Shown piece by piece: positions 44,527 to 54,515 of a stretch of DNA of 64,000 bases. Numbering within the stretch: position 1 is the first letter of the stretch; each line of letters begins with the position of its first letter. Source of the stretch: an uncultured Alphaproteobacteria bacterium (lineage in GTDB: Bacteria > Pseudomonadota > Alphaproteobacteria > RF32 > CAG-239); contig CALXTU010000004.1 in NCBI GenBank assembly GCA_944391495.1, positions 5,041-69,040 of the forward strand. The letters are read 5' to 3'. The notes below the pieces were generated by a model. The model had not been told where the DNA came from and made no database searches. It saw nothing but the letters and a program-made list of their open reading frames with translations. Position numbers and translations under genes: made by a program.

Positions 44527-45456
44527 TTAAATTGCTTCGGCGTAAGATTTCAGCAAATCTTCGGCCAAAACGGTTTCCGCCTCCGGCAGAATCTTTTTGA
44601 CCAGGCCGGTCAAAACATTGCCGAAGCCGGTTTCGATGAATTTGCCGGCGCCGTTTTCCGCCATATAAACAACGCTTTCCTGCCATTTGACGGTGTTGGT
44701 AATCTGTTTGACCAGCAGGTCTTTGATTTCCGTCGTATCGGCATAGGGCAGAGCCGAAAGGTTGCTGATAACCTTAACCGTCGGCTGCGCAAAACGCGTT
44801 TGCGCGATGATTTCGGCCATCTTGTCCGCCGCGCTTTGCATCAGCGGTGAATGAAATGCGCCGGAAACCTGCAGCATAATGGCACGTTTAGCGCCCTGAG
44901 CCTTGGCCAGTTCGCAGCCTTTTTCAACCGTCTGCACGCTGCCGCTCAAAACAATTTGTGCCGGCGAATTGGAGTTGCCGACAAAACATCCGGCCTCATC
45001 GGCGATTGTTTTGACCTGATCATAATTCAGCCCGATAATCGCCGCCATGGCGCCCGGATTATCCAGACAGGCCTGCATCATATAAGCGCCGCGCGCTTTG
45101 AGAAGGGAGGCCGTATCTTCCAGCGAAAGACAACCGGCAGCGCATAAAGCCGAATATTCGCCCAGCGAATGCCCGGCCATAAATTTAACTTCGTCAAGAT
45201 TAATCAGACCCAGACTCTTCAAAACCTCAAAATAAGCCATTGAAACGGTCATGATTGCCGGCTGCGCATTAGAGGTTTTATTAAGCTCTTCCGCATCACC
45301 CGCAAACATCAAAGTGCTCAGCTTGCAGCTCAACGCCTCGTCAACCCGGTCAAAAACATCTTTGGCGGCAGCAAAGTTGTCATACAAATCTTTGCCCATG
45401 CCGATTTTTTGTGAGCCTTGTCCCGGAAAAATCAAAACATTGGATGTAACTTCCAT
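44527..45456 (-). CDS. fabD: Malonyl-CoA:ACP transacylase
   Basis: GQGSQ and GHSLGE motifs. Confidence 0.9.
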   Translation of the reverse strand: MEVTSNVLIFPGQGSQKIGMGKDLYDNFAAAKDVFDRVDEALSCKLSTLMFAGDAEELNKTSNAQPAIMTVSMAYFEVLKSLGLINLDEVKFMAGHSLGEYSALCAAGCLSLEDTASLLKARGAYMMQACLDNPGAMAAIIGLNYDQVKTIADEAGCFVGNSNSPAQIVLSGSVQTVEKGCELAKAQGAKRAIMLQVSGAFHSPLMQSAADKMAEIIAQTRFAQPTVKVISNLSALPYADTTEIKDLLVKQITNTVKWQESVVYMAENGAGKFIETGFGNVLTGLVKKILPEAETVLAEDLLKSYAEAI

Positions 45457-45465
45457 TTCCGCTCC

Positions 45466-46722
45466 TTAAATCTTCTTAAAAATCAGCGAAGCATTGGTTC
45501 CGCCGAAACCAAACGAGTTTGACATCGCAACTTTAACATCACATTTGCGCGCCTGGTGCGGTACCAGATCCATGCCGGCAACCTCGTCGATAGGATCTTC
45601 AAGATTGAGCGTCGGCGGCAGCATACCGGTTTCAATCGCTTTAATGCAGAATACCGCTTCAACCGCGCCGGCCGCACCCAGCAAATGGCCGATGGCCGAT
45701 TTGGTTGACGACATCTTCAAATCCGGACAATCGGTAAACAGCTCTTTAACCGCTTTGGCTTCCATCGCGTCGCCGATCAGGGTGGATGTGCCATGGGCAT
45801 TGATGTAGGTAACTTCCTGCGGTTTGATGTTGGCTTTGCGCAGGGCCTCGCTCATTGCCTTTTTGGCGCCGCTGCCGTCCGGAGCGGGTGAGGTGATGTG
45901 ATAAGCGTCACCCGAAGTACCGTAACCGATAAGCTCGGCATAAATCTTGGCGCCGCGGGCTTTGGCGTGTTCATATTCTTCCAGTACGATAACGCCGGCG
46001 CCTTCGCCCATAACAAAGCCGTCGTGCCCTTTGTCCCATGGACGCGAAGCTTTTTCCGGCGTGTCGTTATAGCTGTGCGACAAGGCCTTGGCCTGCATAA
46101 ATCCGGCAATACCCAGTGCGCAGACGGCCGATTCGGCACCGCCGACAACCATGACGTCGGCATCATCAAGCACAATACTCTGATAAGCGTGAGCAATGGC
46201 GTGCGAACCGGTCGCACAGGCCGTAACGCAGGCCAGATTCGGCCCGGTAAAGCCATGCGCCATTGAAACATGACCGGAAATCATATTGATGATTGTTGCC
46301 GGAATAAAAAACGGACTGATACGCCGCGGTCCGGAATCTGCCAGAATTTTGGCATTGTCGTCGATGGTCTTCAAACCGCCGATACCCGAACCGATCATAA
46401 CGCCGGTACGTCCTTTTTCGCGCGGGTCTTCCGGTGTCCAGCCGGCGTCTTTAATCGCTTCTTCCGCCGCCGCAATACCGAACAAAATAAAATCGTCAAC
46501 CCGTCTTTGCTCTTTCGGGTCCATAAATTCGTCGGCGTTGAATTGTCCCGGCTCACTGCCTTTTATGATTTCGCCGGCCACTTTGACGCTGAAGTTTTCG
46601 GTATTGAATTTGGTAATGTTCCGAATGGCGGATTTGCCGGCAGTAATTGAATCCCAGGCCAAATCAACACCCATTCCGAAAGGAGTTAAAGCTCCAAGTC
46701 CTGTAACAACAACTCTTTTCAT
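45466..46722 (-). CDS. fabF: 3-oxoacyl-ACP synthase II
   Basis: KAS II active-site context (ACATG...HGTST...GH). Confidence 0.9.
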   Translation of the reverse strand: MKRVVVTGLGALTPFGMGVDLAWDSITAGKSAIRNITKFNTENFSVKVAGEIIKGSEPGQFNADEFMDPKEQRRVDDFILFGIAAAEEAIKDAGWTPEDPREKGRTGVMIGSGIGGLKTIDDNAKILADSGPRRISPFFIPATIINMISGHVSMAHGFTGPNLACVTACATGSHAIAHAYQSIVLDDADVMVVGGAESAVCALGIAGFMQAKALSHSYNDTPEKASRPWDKGHDGFVMGEGAGVIVLEEYEHAKARGAKIYAELIGYGTSGDAYHITSPAPDGSGAKKAMSEALRKANIKPQEVTYINAHGTSTLIGDAMEAKAVKELFTDCPDLKMSSTKSAIGHLLGAAGAVEAVFCIKAIETGMLPPTLNLEDPIDEVAGMDLVPHQARKCDVKVAMSNSFGFGGTNASLIFKKI

Positions 46723-46734
46723 TGTCCGTCCTTT

Positions 46735-47760
46735 CTAGTTTTGAAAAATGTTCTCTTGTTTAAAAATACCCTCGCGCAGGCAGATAACACCGCCGCCCCA
46801 GCACATTCCCGCGCCGAAACCGCAAATAATGGCCTTTGACGGAGTTTTAATTTTGCCGTCTTTAATTCCTTCGCCCAAAGCGATGAGAATTGATGAGGCA
46901 GAGGTATTTCCCAGATGTTCGATGTTGGAAATCACCTTATCGTCGCCGTAATTCAGGCGCTCCTGCACGGCTTTGATAATTCTTTGGTTGGCCTGATGCA
47001 GCACCAGATAATCAACACTGTCGGTATCAATACCGTGCTGCGCCAGAATGTCGTCGGTAATGTAAGAAGGAATGACGTTGGCCACGAATTTGTAAACATC
47101 TTGTCCCTTCATGGAGCAAATTTGCTGCGTCGGTGTCTGGTCGACAAAAGGACAATTCCCCTTGGCCGCCGGCATGGTGATATAATCGCCGACATGCCCG
47201 TCCGCCCGGATATCAATGACAGGAATGTCATTTTCGCTGCCGGCGGAAATAACCGCCGCGCCGATACCGTCGCCGAACAAAATCGACGTCCGCCGGTCGG
47301 TCCAGTCAACATAGCGGGAACAGTTGTCAATTGTGACCAGCAAAATATTTTTGCATATGCCCGATTTAATATAGGCCGCCGCAATATCCAGTCCGTAAAC
47401 AAAACCGGAGCAGGCGACCGAGATATCAAAAGCCGGAACATTGCGTTGGATTCCGAGCAGCTTTTGCACCATGCAGGAAGAAGAGGGCATAAACTGCACC
47501 GGCATTGAAGTCGCCGCCACAATCAGATCAATCTCTTCTTTATCAATGCCGGCGTTTTTAACCGCCTGTTCCGCGGCCCGGCGCAGCAGTTCAAAAGCTT
47601 CGTCGTCGCTGGCAAAAACGCGGCGTTCTTTAATACCGGTGCGGGTATAAATCCATTCGTCCGAAGTCTCGTACAAATGAGTAAGGTCATTATTGGTAAC
47701 GACTTTGCCCGGAACGGCATAACCGATACCGGTAATCATCGGCAGATTATTCGTTGTCAT
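46735..47760 (-). CDS. fabH: 3-oxoacyl-ACP synthase III
   Basis: KAS III Cys-His-Asn context. Started at MTTNN after GGAGAAAAG. Overlaps the 3' end of accC. Confidence 0.85.
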   Translation of the reverse strand: MTTNNLPMITGIGYAVPGKVVTNNDLTHLYETSDEWIYTRTGIKERRVFASDDEAFELLRRAAEQAVKNAGIDKEEIDLIVAATSMPVQFMPSSSCMVQKLLGIQRNVPAFDISVACSGFVYGLDIAAAYIKSGICKNILLVTIDNCSRYVDWTDRRTSILFGDGIGAAVISAGSENDIPVIDIRADGHVGDYITMPAAKGNCPFVDQTPTQQICSMKGQDVYKFVANVIPSYITDDILAQHGIDTDSVDYLVLHQANQRIIKAVQERLNYGDDKVISNIEHLGNTSASSILIALGEGIKDGKIKTPSKAIICGFGAGMCWGGGVICLREGIFKQENIFQN

Positions 47761-49102
47761 TGTTTTTTCTTTTCTCCAAAAATTTTTCCAGCCAGTGAAT
47801 GTTGTAAATACCGTCGACAAATTCGGGCGAAGACACAATCTCTTCATGTAGCGGCAGCGTCGTCGTTACGCCGCCGATGACAAATTCGCGCAATGCCCGC
47901 TTAAGACGCAGCAAAGCACCACTGCGCGTTGTCCCGCGTACGATGAGTTTGGCAATCATGCTGTCATAAAAAGGCGGAATTTTATAGCCGGAATAAGCCT
48001 CCGAATCAACTCTGACGCCCAGTCCGCCGGGGACATGCCATTCGGCAATTTTTCCCGGGCAGGGGACAAAGGTAAACGGATCTTCGGCATTAATGCGGCA
48101 CTCGATGGCTGCGCCGTGAAAATGGACGTCGTCCTGCGTATAACCAAGCTTGGCACCGTTGGCAATGCGGATTTGCTCGCGCACGATGTCTATATCGGTA
48201 ACCGCCTCGGTAATCGGATGTTCAACCTGCAGACGGGTATTCATTTCCAGGAAATAAAATTCGCCGTCCTCAAACAGAAATTCCAGCGTTCCGGCACCGT
48301 AATAACCGATTTTTTTAATCGCCGAACAGACAATACCGCAGATTTCATTGCGCTTTTCCTGATTCAGAGCCGGCGAGGGCGTTTCCTCAATCAGCTTTTG
48401 ATGTTTGCGCTGAATGGAGCAGTCGCGTTCGCCCAGATGCACCACGTTGCCGTGCATATCTGCCAGAATCTGGATTTCAATATGCCGCGGCTTTTGCAGG
48501 TATTTTTCCATAAATACGACATCGCTGGTAAACGACGATTTGGCCTCGGCTTTGGCCATGGTGAAAGCGGTTTCGATTTCGTCTTCGTTAAACGCAACCT
48601 TCATACCCTTGCCGCCGCCGCCGTCTTTGGCTTTGATGATAACCGGATAACCGATTTCCTTGGCCCATTTTTTAGCGTCATCAACCGTTTCCAATGCCGG
48701 CGAACCCTTGGTTACCGGCAGTCCGGCTTCAATGGCAACCTTTTTGGAGGCAATTTTATCGCCCATCAGCCGCATTTGCTCCGGAGTAGGTCCGATAAAC
48801 GTCAGGCCGTGTTTTATAACCATTTCGGCAAAATCGGCATTTTCCGACAAAAATCCGTATCCCGGATGAATGGCATTGGCGCCGGTAACAATCGCCGCCG
48901 AAATAATCGCCGTTTTATTGAGATACGAATCTTTGGACTGCGGTCCGCCGATGCAGACGGCCTCATCGGCCAGCCGCACATGCATGGCATCTTTATCCGC
49001 CGTTGAATGTACCGCCACGGTTTTAATGCCCATCTCATGACAGGCGCGGTTAATTCTCAAAGCGACTTCGCCGCGGTTGGCAATCAGTACTTTTTCAAAC
49101 AT
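47747..49102 (-). CDS. accC: Biotin carboxylase
   Basis: ATP-grasp biotin carboxylase. Confidence 0.9.
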   Translation of the reverse strand: MFEKVLIANRGEVALRINRACHEMGIKTVAVHSTADKDAMHVRLADEAVCIGGPQSKDSYLNKTAIISAAIVTGANAIHPGYGFLSENADFAEMVIKHGLTFIGPTPEQMRLMGDKIASKKVAIEAGLPVTKGSPALETVDDAKKWAKEIGYPVIIKAKDGGGGKGMKVAFNEDEIETAFTMAKAEAKSSFTSDVVFMEKYLQKPRHIEIQILADMHGNVVHLGERDCSIQRKHQKLIEETPSPALNQEKRNEICGIVCSAIKKIGYYGAGTLEFLFEDGEFYFLEMNTRLQVEHPITEAVTDIDIVREQIRIANGAKLGYTQDDVHFHGAAIECRINAEDPFTFVPCPGKIAEWHVPGGLGVRVDSEAYSGYKIPPFYDSMIAKLIVRGTTRSGALLRLKRALREFVIGGVTTTLPLHEEIVSSPEFVDGIYNIHWLEKFLEKRKNNDNE

Positions 49103-49120
49103 AATTTTTCGTTTTCTCTT

Positions 49121-49588
49121 TTATTCAATTACAAACAAAGGCTCGTCAAATTCAACTGCCGCACCGGAAGCCGCCAGAATTTCTCTGATAATGCCGCCGC
49201 GGGGCGCCTTAATCTGGTTAAACGTCTTCATCGCCTCAATCAGGCAGAGAACGTCGCCTTCTTTAACCGTATCGCCGACCTTGACATAATCCGGATCATT
49301 CGGGCTGGCCGCCAGATACAAAACACCGACCATCGGCGATTTAATGACATCACCTTTGGGAGCGGCTGCCGGAGCAGGCGCTTCGGGCTGAATGGCCGCT
49401 GCAGGTGCCGCCGGAACGGGCATTGTCGGCAGCGGAGCCGGTACAACCGGCTGTGCGATGATTTCCTTACTCCGGTTGGTAACGATGATATGCAGGCCGT
49501 CTTTGTTATAGTCAACCGATTCCAAATCCAAATCGCTGACAATTTTGGCAATGCTTTCAATACAGGCAATATCTTCTTCTTGTGCCAT
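49121..49588 (-). CDS. accB: Biotin carboxyl carrier protein
   Basis: An Ala/Pro linker and EAMK biotinylation motif. Confidence 0.9.
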   Translation of the reverse strand: MAQEEDIACIESIAKIVSDLDLESVDYNKDGLHIIVTNRSKEIIAQPVVPAPLPTMPVPAAPAAAIQPEAPAPAAAPKGDVIKSPMVGVLYLAASPNDPDYVKVGDTVKEGDVLCLIEAMKTFNQIKAPRGGIIREILAASGAAVEFDEPLFVIE

Positions 49589-49593
49589 CGGTT

Positions 49594-50427
49594 TTATTCC
49601 TTCATCTTGGCAAATTCACCCAGCAGCTCGGAAACTTCCTGCGCCCGGTTGATGTTAACCATACCCTGTTTGTTATAACCGCCGTCAACATGCAATACTT
49701 CGCCGGTAACGCCGCTGGCCAAATCGCTCAGCAGATAAACGGCCGAGTTGCCGATATCGTCAATGCTCATATTGCGGCCCAGAAGCGAGTTGGCTTTGTT
49801 CCAGCCCAGAATATTGCGAAAATCACCGATTCCCGATGCCGCCAGAGTTCTGATCGGCCCGGCCGAGATGGCATTAACGCGGATACCCTGATCTCCCAAA
49901 TCGCGTGCCAGATACATGACCGAGGTTTCCAAAGCAGACTTGGCAACGCCCATGACGTTGTAATTCGGGATAACTCTTTCGGCACCAAGGTAAGACAAGG
50001 TAACAAAGCTTGCGCCTTCATTGGCAATTTTAGCCGCGCGGGCGCAGATATCCGTAAACGAATAGCAGGAAATATGCATGGTATTCAGAAAGTTGGCCAG
50101 TGTGGTATCGCAATATCTGCCTTTAAGCTCATTTTTATCGGAAAAAGCAATCGCATGAACGATAAAATCAATTTTGCCCCATTTCTTTTCGATTTCGGCA
50201 AACAAATTATCAAGCGACGCCGCATCGGTTACGTTACAGGGCAGAATAATGTCGGCACCGAGGCTTTCGGCCAGCGTGCGCACGCGTTTTTCCAGAGCTT
50301 CTCCCTGATAGGTAAAGGCCATTTCGGCGCCTTGTTCATGCAGAGCCTTGGCAATGCCCCAGGCAATCGAATGATCGTTGGCCAGGCCGAGAATAATACC
50401 TCTTTTGTTTTTCATAGCTTCTTTCAC
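49594..50427 (-). CDS. fabI: Enoyl-ACP reductase FabI
   Basis: FabI short-chain dehydrogenase with a Y-x6-K motif. Confidence 0.9.
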   Translation of the reverse strand: MKEAMKNKRGIILGLANDHSIAWGIAKALHEQGAEMAFTYQGEALEKRVRTLAESLGADIILPCNVTDAASLDNLFAEIEKKWGKIDFIVHAIAFSDKNELKGRYCDTTLANFLNTMHISCYSFTDICARAAKIANEGASFVTLSYLGAERVIPNYNVMGVAKSALETSVMYLARDLGDQGIRVNAISAGPIRTLAASGIGDFRNILGWNKANSLLGRNMSIDDIGNSAVYLLSDLASGVTGEVLHVDGGYNKQGMVNINRAQEVSELLGEFAKMKE

Positions 50428-50455
50428 GAAATTTCTCCTTAAGTGTTAGTCCGTT

Positions 50456-51847
50456 TTAACGTCCGCTTTTAATGGCCTCAATCAGCTCTTTGATAGACGG
50501 CCAGTTTCCGCGGTTAAACAACGGATCGGTTTTGAATTTGAACGCATTTTTTCCCGAAAATAAAATATTGTCGAGAATATTGCCTTTGTGTCCGACTTCA
50601 ATTAATGATTTGCGAATGCAGAAAGAACGCAGATCAGGCACTTTGCCGGTTGTTCCGGTATGACTTGACCACGAAGAAAACTTGCAGGCCGACAAACAGC
50701 CGCAGCAGTCTCTGATATCTTCCATATCCTGCATTTTTTCGTCTTTGGTCAAAAAGATCAAAGTATTGTCCGGCGTAACCGACAGACAGGTTTTGCCCTT
50801 TTTGGCCTGTTCGTCCACAATATGCAAATCCTCTTTGCGGACATAATAAGTTGTGTTTTTGGAATAGGTGACAGGTTCCGAAAATTCCGCGTTTTGTTCT
50901 TTACTGAATGGAATTTCACTGTTTTTACGGTCAAACAACTTCATGATAAACGAGTTTTTAATGGCCGAAGACAAAAATCCGGTCGGGCTGAAGTCCTGAA
51001 TAACCACATCTTCCAGATTCAAATGCAGCATCAGTTTCTTCCAGGCCTGACTGATCGGACTTTCTTTGGTAAGCATCGGCCGGGTGCCGAACTGAAACCC
51101 GACATTGCCGATTTCCGGATTATTGATGTAATCCTGCCAGTCGTTAAGCGACCAGACACCGCCGGCAATAATAATCGGCACGTTGTCCAGCCCGTTGGCA
51201 TTCAGCACTTTGCGCAGCTCAACCACTTTGGCATAAGGGCTCTGCGGCTTGCCGACCTCATCGGTGTTGGAAAATCCGCAATGTCCGCCGGCAAACCACG
51301 GATCTTCATAAATAACGCCGCCCATATATTCCTTGTATTTGTCATAGCCGCGTTTAATTAAAATCTGCAAGGCTCTTCCCGACGAAACAATCGGATAATA
51401 GAACACCTTAAACTGCGATGTCAGTTCGGCCAGTTTAATCGGCAGACCGGCACCGGAAACAACGCCGTTAATTAAACCTTTGGCACGTTCCAGAACGTTT
51501 TTAATCAGATATTGGCTGTCGGCCAGTTCCCACAAAACATTCATATTAATCAGACCGTTGCCGCCGGAAATTTCATGCGCGATCTGCGCCTGACTGACAC
51601 AGCCCTCAACCGCCTGATCCATCAGCTGCTGATGCCGTTCCATTCTTGTTTTTGCGGTAATGTTTTCCAGGCAAAGATTACCGTCTTTATCCCGAATATC
51701 CGGAAAAACGGCCGAAAAGGTCCCGACGCAGTTCTCTTTGGCCCATGCGCCGGCGGTTTGTCCGTTGCTGACATTAACGCCGCGACCGCCTTCAAACAGC
51801 GGAAACACCGTTTTGCCGCATAAGTCCAAAAGTTTCAGCTCTTTCAT
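50456..51847 (-). CDS. Nitronate-monooxygenase/FabK/PfaD-family flavoprotein with a Cys-rich C-terminal extension
   Basis: N-terminal PLFEGGRG...AGAWAKENC and IIAGGV TIM-barrel motifs, plus a ~150-aa tail with CCGC. ATG sits 7 nt after AAAGGAG, immediately after the accD stop. Confidence 0.55.
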   Translation of the reverse strand: MKELKLLDLCGKTVFPLFEGGRGVNVSNGQTAGAWAKENCVGTFSAVFPDIRDKDGNLCLENITAKTRMERHQQLMDQAVEGCVSQAQIAHEISGGNGLINMNVLWELADSQYLIKNVLERAKGLINGVVSGAGLPIKLAELTSQFKVFYYPIVSSGRALQILIKRGYDKYKEYMGGVIYEDPWFAGGHCGFSNTDEVGKPQSPYAKVVELRKVLNANGLDNVPIIIAGGVWSLNDWQDYINNPEIGNVGFQFGTRPMLTKESPISQAWKKLMLHLNLEDVVIQDFSPTGFLSSAIKNSFIMKLFDRKNSEIPFSKEQNAEFSEPVTYSKNTTYYVRKEDLHIVDEQAKKGKTCLSVTPDNTLIFLTKDEKMQDMEDIRDCCGCLSACKFSSWSSHTGTTGKVPDLRSFCIRKSLIEVGHKGNILDNILFSGKNAFKFKTDPLFNRGNWPSIKELIEAIKSGR

Positions 51848-51848
51848 A

Positions 51849-52712
51849 TTATTCTCCTTTAACAAAGGTGTTGCCGAGCAAATTAAGCAGACAGATCAGC
51901 TTTTCGCGTAGTTCTTTGCGGTTAACAATCATATCTACCATACCATGTTTTTTCAAATATTCTGCCTTTTGGAAACCGGCCGGCAGATCAGCCTTAATTG
52001 TCTCTTTGATAACCCGCGCACCGGCAAAAGCAATCAACGCGTCCGGTTCGGCAATCGTCACGTCGCCGAGCATGGCAAACGAGGCCGAAACCCCGCCCGT
52101 CGTCGGGTTGGTCAGCACGGCAATATAGGGCAGGTGCTGATCTTTCAAAAGTTTGATAGCCAGAGAAGTGCGCGCCATCTGCATCAAAGAGAGAATTCCT
52201 TCCTGCATTCTGGCACCGCCGGACGCGGTTACCAGAATCAGCGGCATATGATGTTCAATGGCAAAATGCGCCGCCTGAACGATGCCTTCGCCGACGGCAA
52301 TTCCCATTGAACCACCGATAAAGTTAAAGTTCATCACGCCGACAACTACGCCGTGACCGCCCATTTTACCATAGGCAGCGACAAAGGCATCATCAAATTT
52401 TGTTTTTTCGCGAGCCGCTTTCAGTCTGGTGCGGTAATCTTTGGTATCTTTGAAATTAAGCGGATCTTCTTTAACCGCCGGCGTTTCCAGATAAGTATAT
52501 TCGCTGTTGTCAAACAGCATATTAAGCCGTTTACGCGGCCGCAAATACAGATGATAACCGCAATGCGGGCAAACATACAGGTTTTTAGCCAGTTCCTGCC
52601 CGTAAACCATGGCGTCGCACTGCGGGCACTTGTCCCACAGATTATCGGGAACATCTTTTTCCGTTTTCGCAACCGAAAGTTTCGGGCGTACATAATCAAG
52701 CAGCCAGTTCAT
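51849..52712 (-). CDS. accD: Acetyl-CoA carboxylase carboxyltransferase beta
   Basis: A CxxC...CxxC zinc ribbon plus a carboxyltransferase domain. Confidence 0.9.
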   Translation of the reverse strand: MNWLLDYVRPKLSVAKTEKDVPDNLWDKCPQCDAMVYGQELAKNLYVCPHCGYHLYLRPRKRLNMLFDNSEYTYLETPAVKEDPLNFKDTKDYRTRLKAAREKTKFDDAFVAAYGKMGGHGVVVGVMNFNFIGGSMGIAVGEGIVQAAHFAIEHHMPLILVTASGGARMQEGILSLMQMARTSLAIKLLKDQHLPYIAVLTNPTTGGVSASFAMLGDVTIAEPDALIAFAGARVIKETIKADLPAGFQKAEYLKKHGMVDMIVNRKELREKLICLLNLLGNTFVKGE

Positions 52713-52728
52713 ATCGTTTTCACCTCGT

Positions 52729-53691
52729 TTAATTCAGACGCGACATAGCCAAAAACTTGTTTTCGCGGTCTTTGGCCAATTCTTCCGGCGTCATTTTTTT
52801 CAATTCGGCCAGATGTTTCCAGATAACATCTCCGGCACGGTTGATGGTTTCTTCCCTGAAACGGTGTGCACCGCCCAGCGGCTCGGCAATAATTTCGTCA
52901 ACCACGCCGAATTTATATAAATCTTGCGCCGTCAGCCGCAAAGCCGTTGCTGCCTTTTTTACGGCCGCACCGTCGCGCCACAAAATGGAGGCGCAGCCTT
53001 CGGGCGAAATAACCGAATAAATTGAATGTTCAAGCATCAGGATACGGTTGGCCGTCGCAATGGCAATCGCTCCGCCGGAGCCGCCTTCGCCGATGATAAC
53101 CGAAATATAGGGAACCTCCAGCTTAAATCCTTCCATAATACAGGCGGCGATAGCCTCGGCCTGGCCGCGTTCTTCGCCCTCGATTCCGGGAAAAGCACCG
53201 GCCGTGTCCACCAGCGATATAATCGGCAGCCCGAAATGGTTGGCAAGCTCCATTAAACGTTTAGCCTTGCGGTAGCCTTCCGGTTTTGCCATACCGAACC
53301 CGTGGCGGATGCGGCTTTCCAGATCATGGCCTTTTTCATGGCCGATAATCATCACCGATTGCCCCTTAAAAAATCCCAAACCGCCGATAATCGCTTCATC
53401 ATCGCCGAACAGCTTGTCGCCGGCCATCGGCATAAAATTGTCGATCAGCGCGTTAATATAGTCAATGCTGTGCGGCCGGTTTGCATGTCTGGCAACGCAG
53501 ACTTTCTGCCAGGGCGTCAGCTTGGCATAGGTTTCTTCCAAAAGACGCTTGGTCTTTTTTTCCAGATTGGCGATTTCTTTGTTAAAATCCTTGGCCAGTT
53601 TATCGTCACAGCAGGATTTCAACTCCTGAATTTTGGTATCCAGTTTATAAATAGGCTCTTCAAAGTCCAGATAAATTGTTTTATCGGCCAT
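52729..53691 (-). CDS. accA: Acetyl-CoA carboxylase carboxyltransferase alpha
   Basis: AccA family. Confidence 0.9.
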   Translation of the reverse strand: MADKTIYLDFEEPIYKLDTKIQELKSCCDDKLAKDFNKEIANLEKKTKRLLEETYAKLTPWQKVCVARHANRPHSIDYINALIDNFMPMAGDKLFGDDEAIIGGLGFFKGQSVMIIGHEKGHDLESRIRHGFGMAKPEGYRKAKRLMELANHFGLPIISLVDTAGAFPGIEGEERGQAEAIAACIMEGFKLEVPYISVIIGEGGSGGAIAIATANRILMLEHSIYSVISPEGCASILWRDGAAVKKAATALRLTAQDLYKFGVVDEIIAEPLGGAHRFREETINRAGDVIWKHLAELKKMTPEELAKDRENKFLAMSRLN

Positions 53692-53710
53692 TGTAATTTC
53701 CTCAACAGAA

Positions 53711-54169
53711 TTATCTGCCCATCATAGCCGTCAGCAAAGCTTCGGCATGCAAAACACCGTTGCAGGTTGCCCGGCATCTGAACCGGTATACGCCGCGGCA
53801 TTCTTTTTCTTTGACAACGTGCATTTCCATAACATCTCCCGGCAGGAAAGGTTTGCGGAATTTTGCCTCGTCAATTCCCATAAATAAAACAACACCCGAA
53901 TTATCCGTCTCGGCAAAAGAAGACTTAACCACGATACCGCAGGTTTGAGCCATGGCTTCCATAATCAAAACGCCGGGCATAATCGGATTTTCGGGAAAAT
54001 GTCCGGTAAACTGAGGCTCGTTCATCGTAATGTTTTTAAACCCGATACCCTCGCTTCCTTCCTGAATAATCTGTACTTTGTCAACCAGCAAAAAGGGGTA
54101 ACGGTGCGGCAGCATTTTAAGAATATCGCCGATTTTAAGTTCTTTAATCACTTGTTGTTCCATTTTCAA
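53711..54169 (-). CDS. fabZ: 3-hydroxyacyl-ACP dehydratase FabZ
   Basis: Hot-dog fold (LPHRYPFLLVD, His/Glu dyad). Confidence 0.9.
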   Translation of the reverse strand: MKMEQQVIKELKIGDILKMLPHRYPFLLVDKVQIIQEGSEGIGFKNITMNEPQFTGHFPENPIMPGVLIMEAMAQTCGIVVKSSFAETDNSGVVLFMGIDEAKFRKPFLPGDVMEMHVVKEKECRGVYRFRCRATCNGVLHAEALLTAMMGR

Positions 54170-54216
54170 ATCCTTTATCTGTGTAACTGTCAGTAAACAG
54201 TATTTTGTTTCGTCTG

Positions 54217-54232
54217 TAAAGTACGTACTTTA
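54217..54232. promoter_or_regulatory. Perfect 16-bp palindrome TAAAGTACGTACTTTA upstream of the fatty-acid synthesis operon
   Basis: Lies 48-63 bp upstream of the fabZ start on the minus strand. A second small inverted repeat (actgtcagtaaacagt) is adjacent. Confidence 0.45.
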
Positions 54233-54515
54233 ACGCGGTATAGTTTCTCTGAAGATACCACTGTAAAAAATAACTGCTTTTGGGATAATACACGTAAAAA
54301 ACAAAAAGTCAATCAGTCGATTGAATTGCCCGTCAGGACAAGTTATAGAGAACATAAATTATAATAAAAAACAATATGTTAAAATGTTTTCAACAGGTGA
54401 TTGCTCCTGTGAATAGCAGAGATTGTTTTCGCTAATTTTGTCTATAAAATATTTGCAATAAATTAATTTTATGCTATTATAATTTATATAAAAGAAATAG
54501 ACAGGGTTAAAACGG

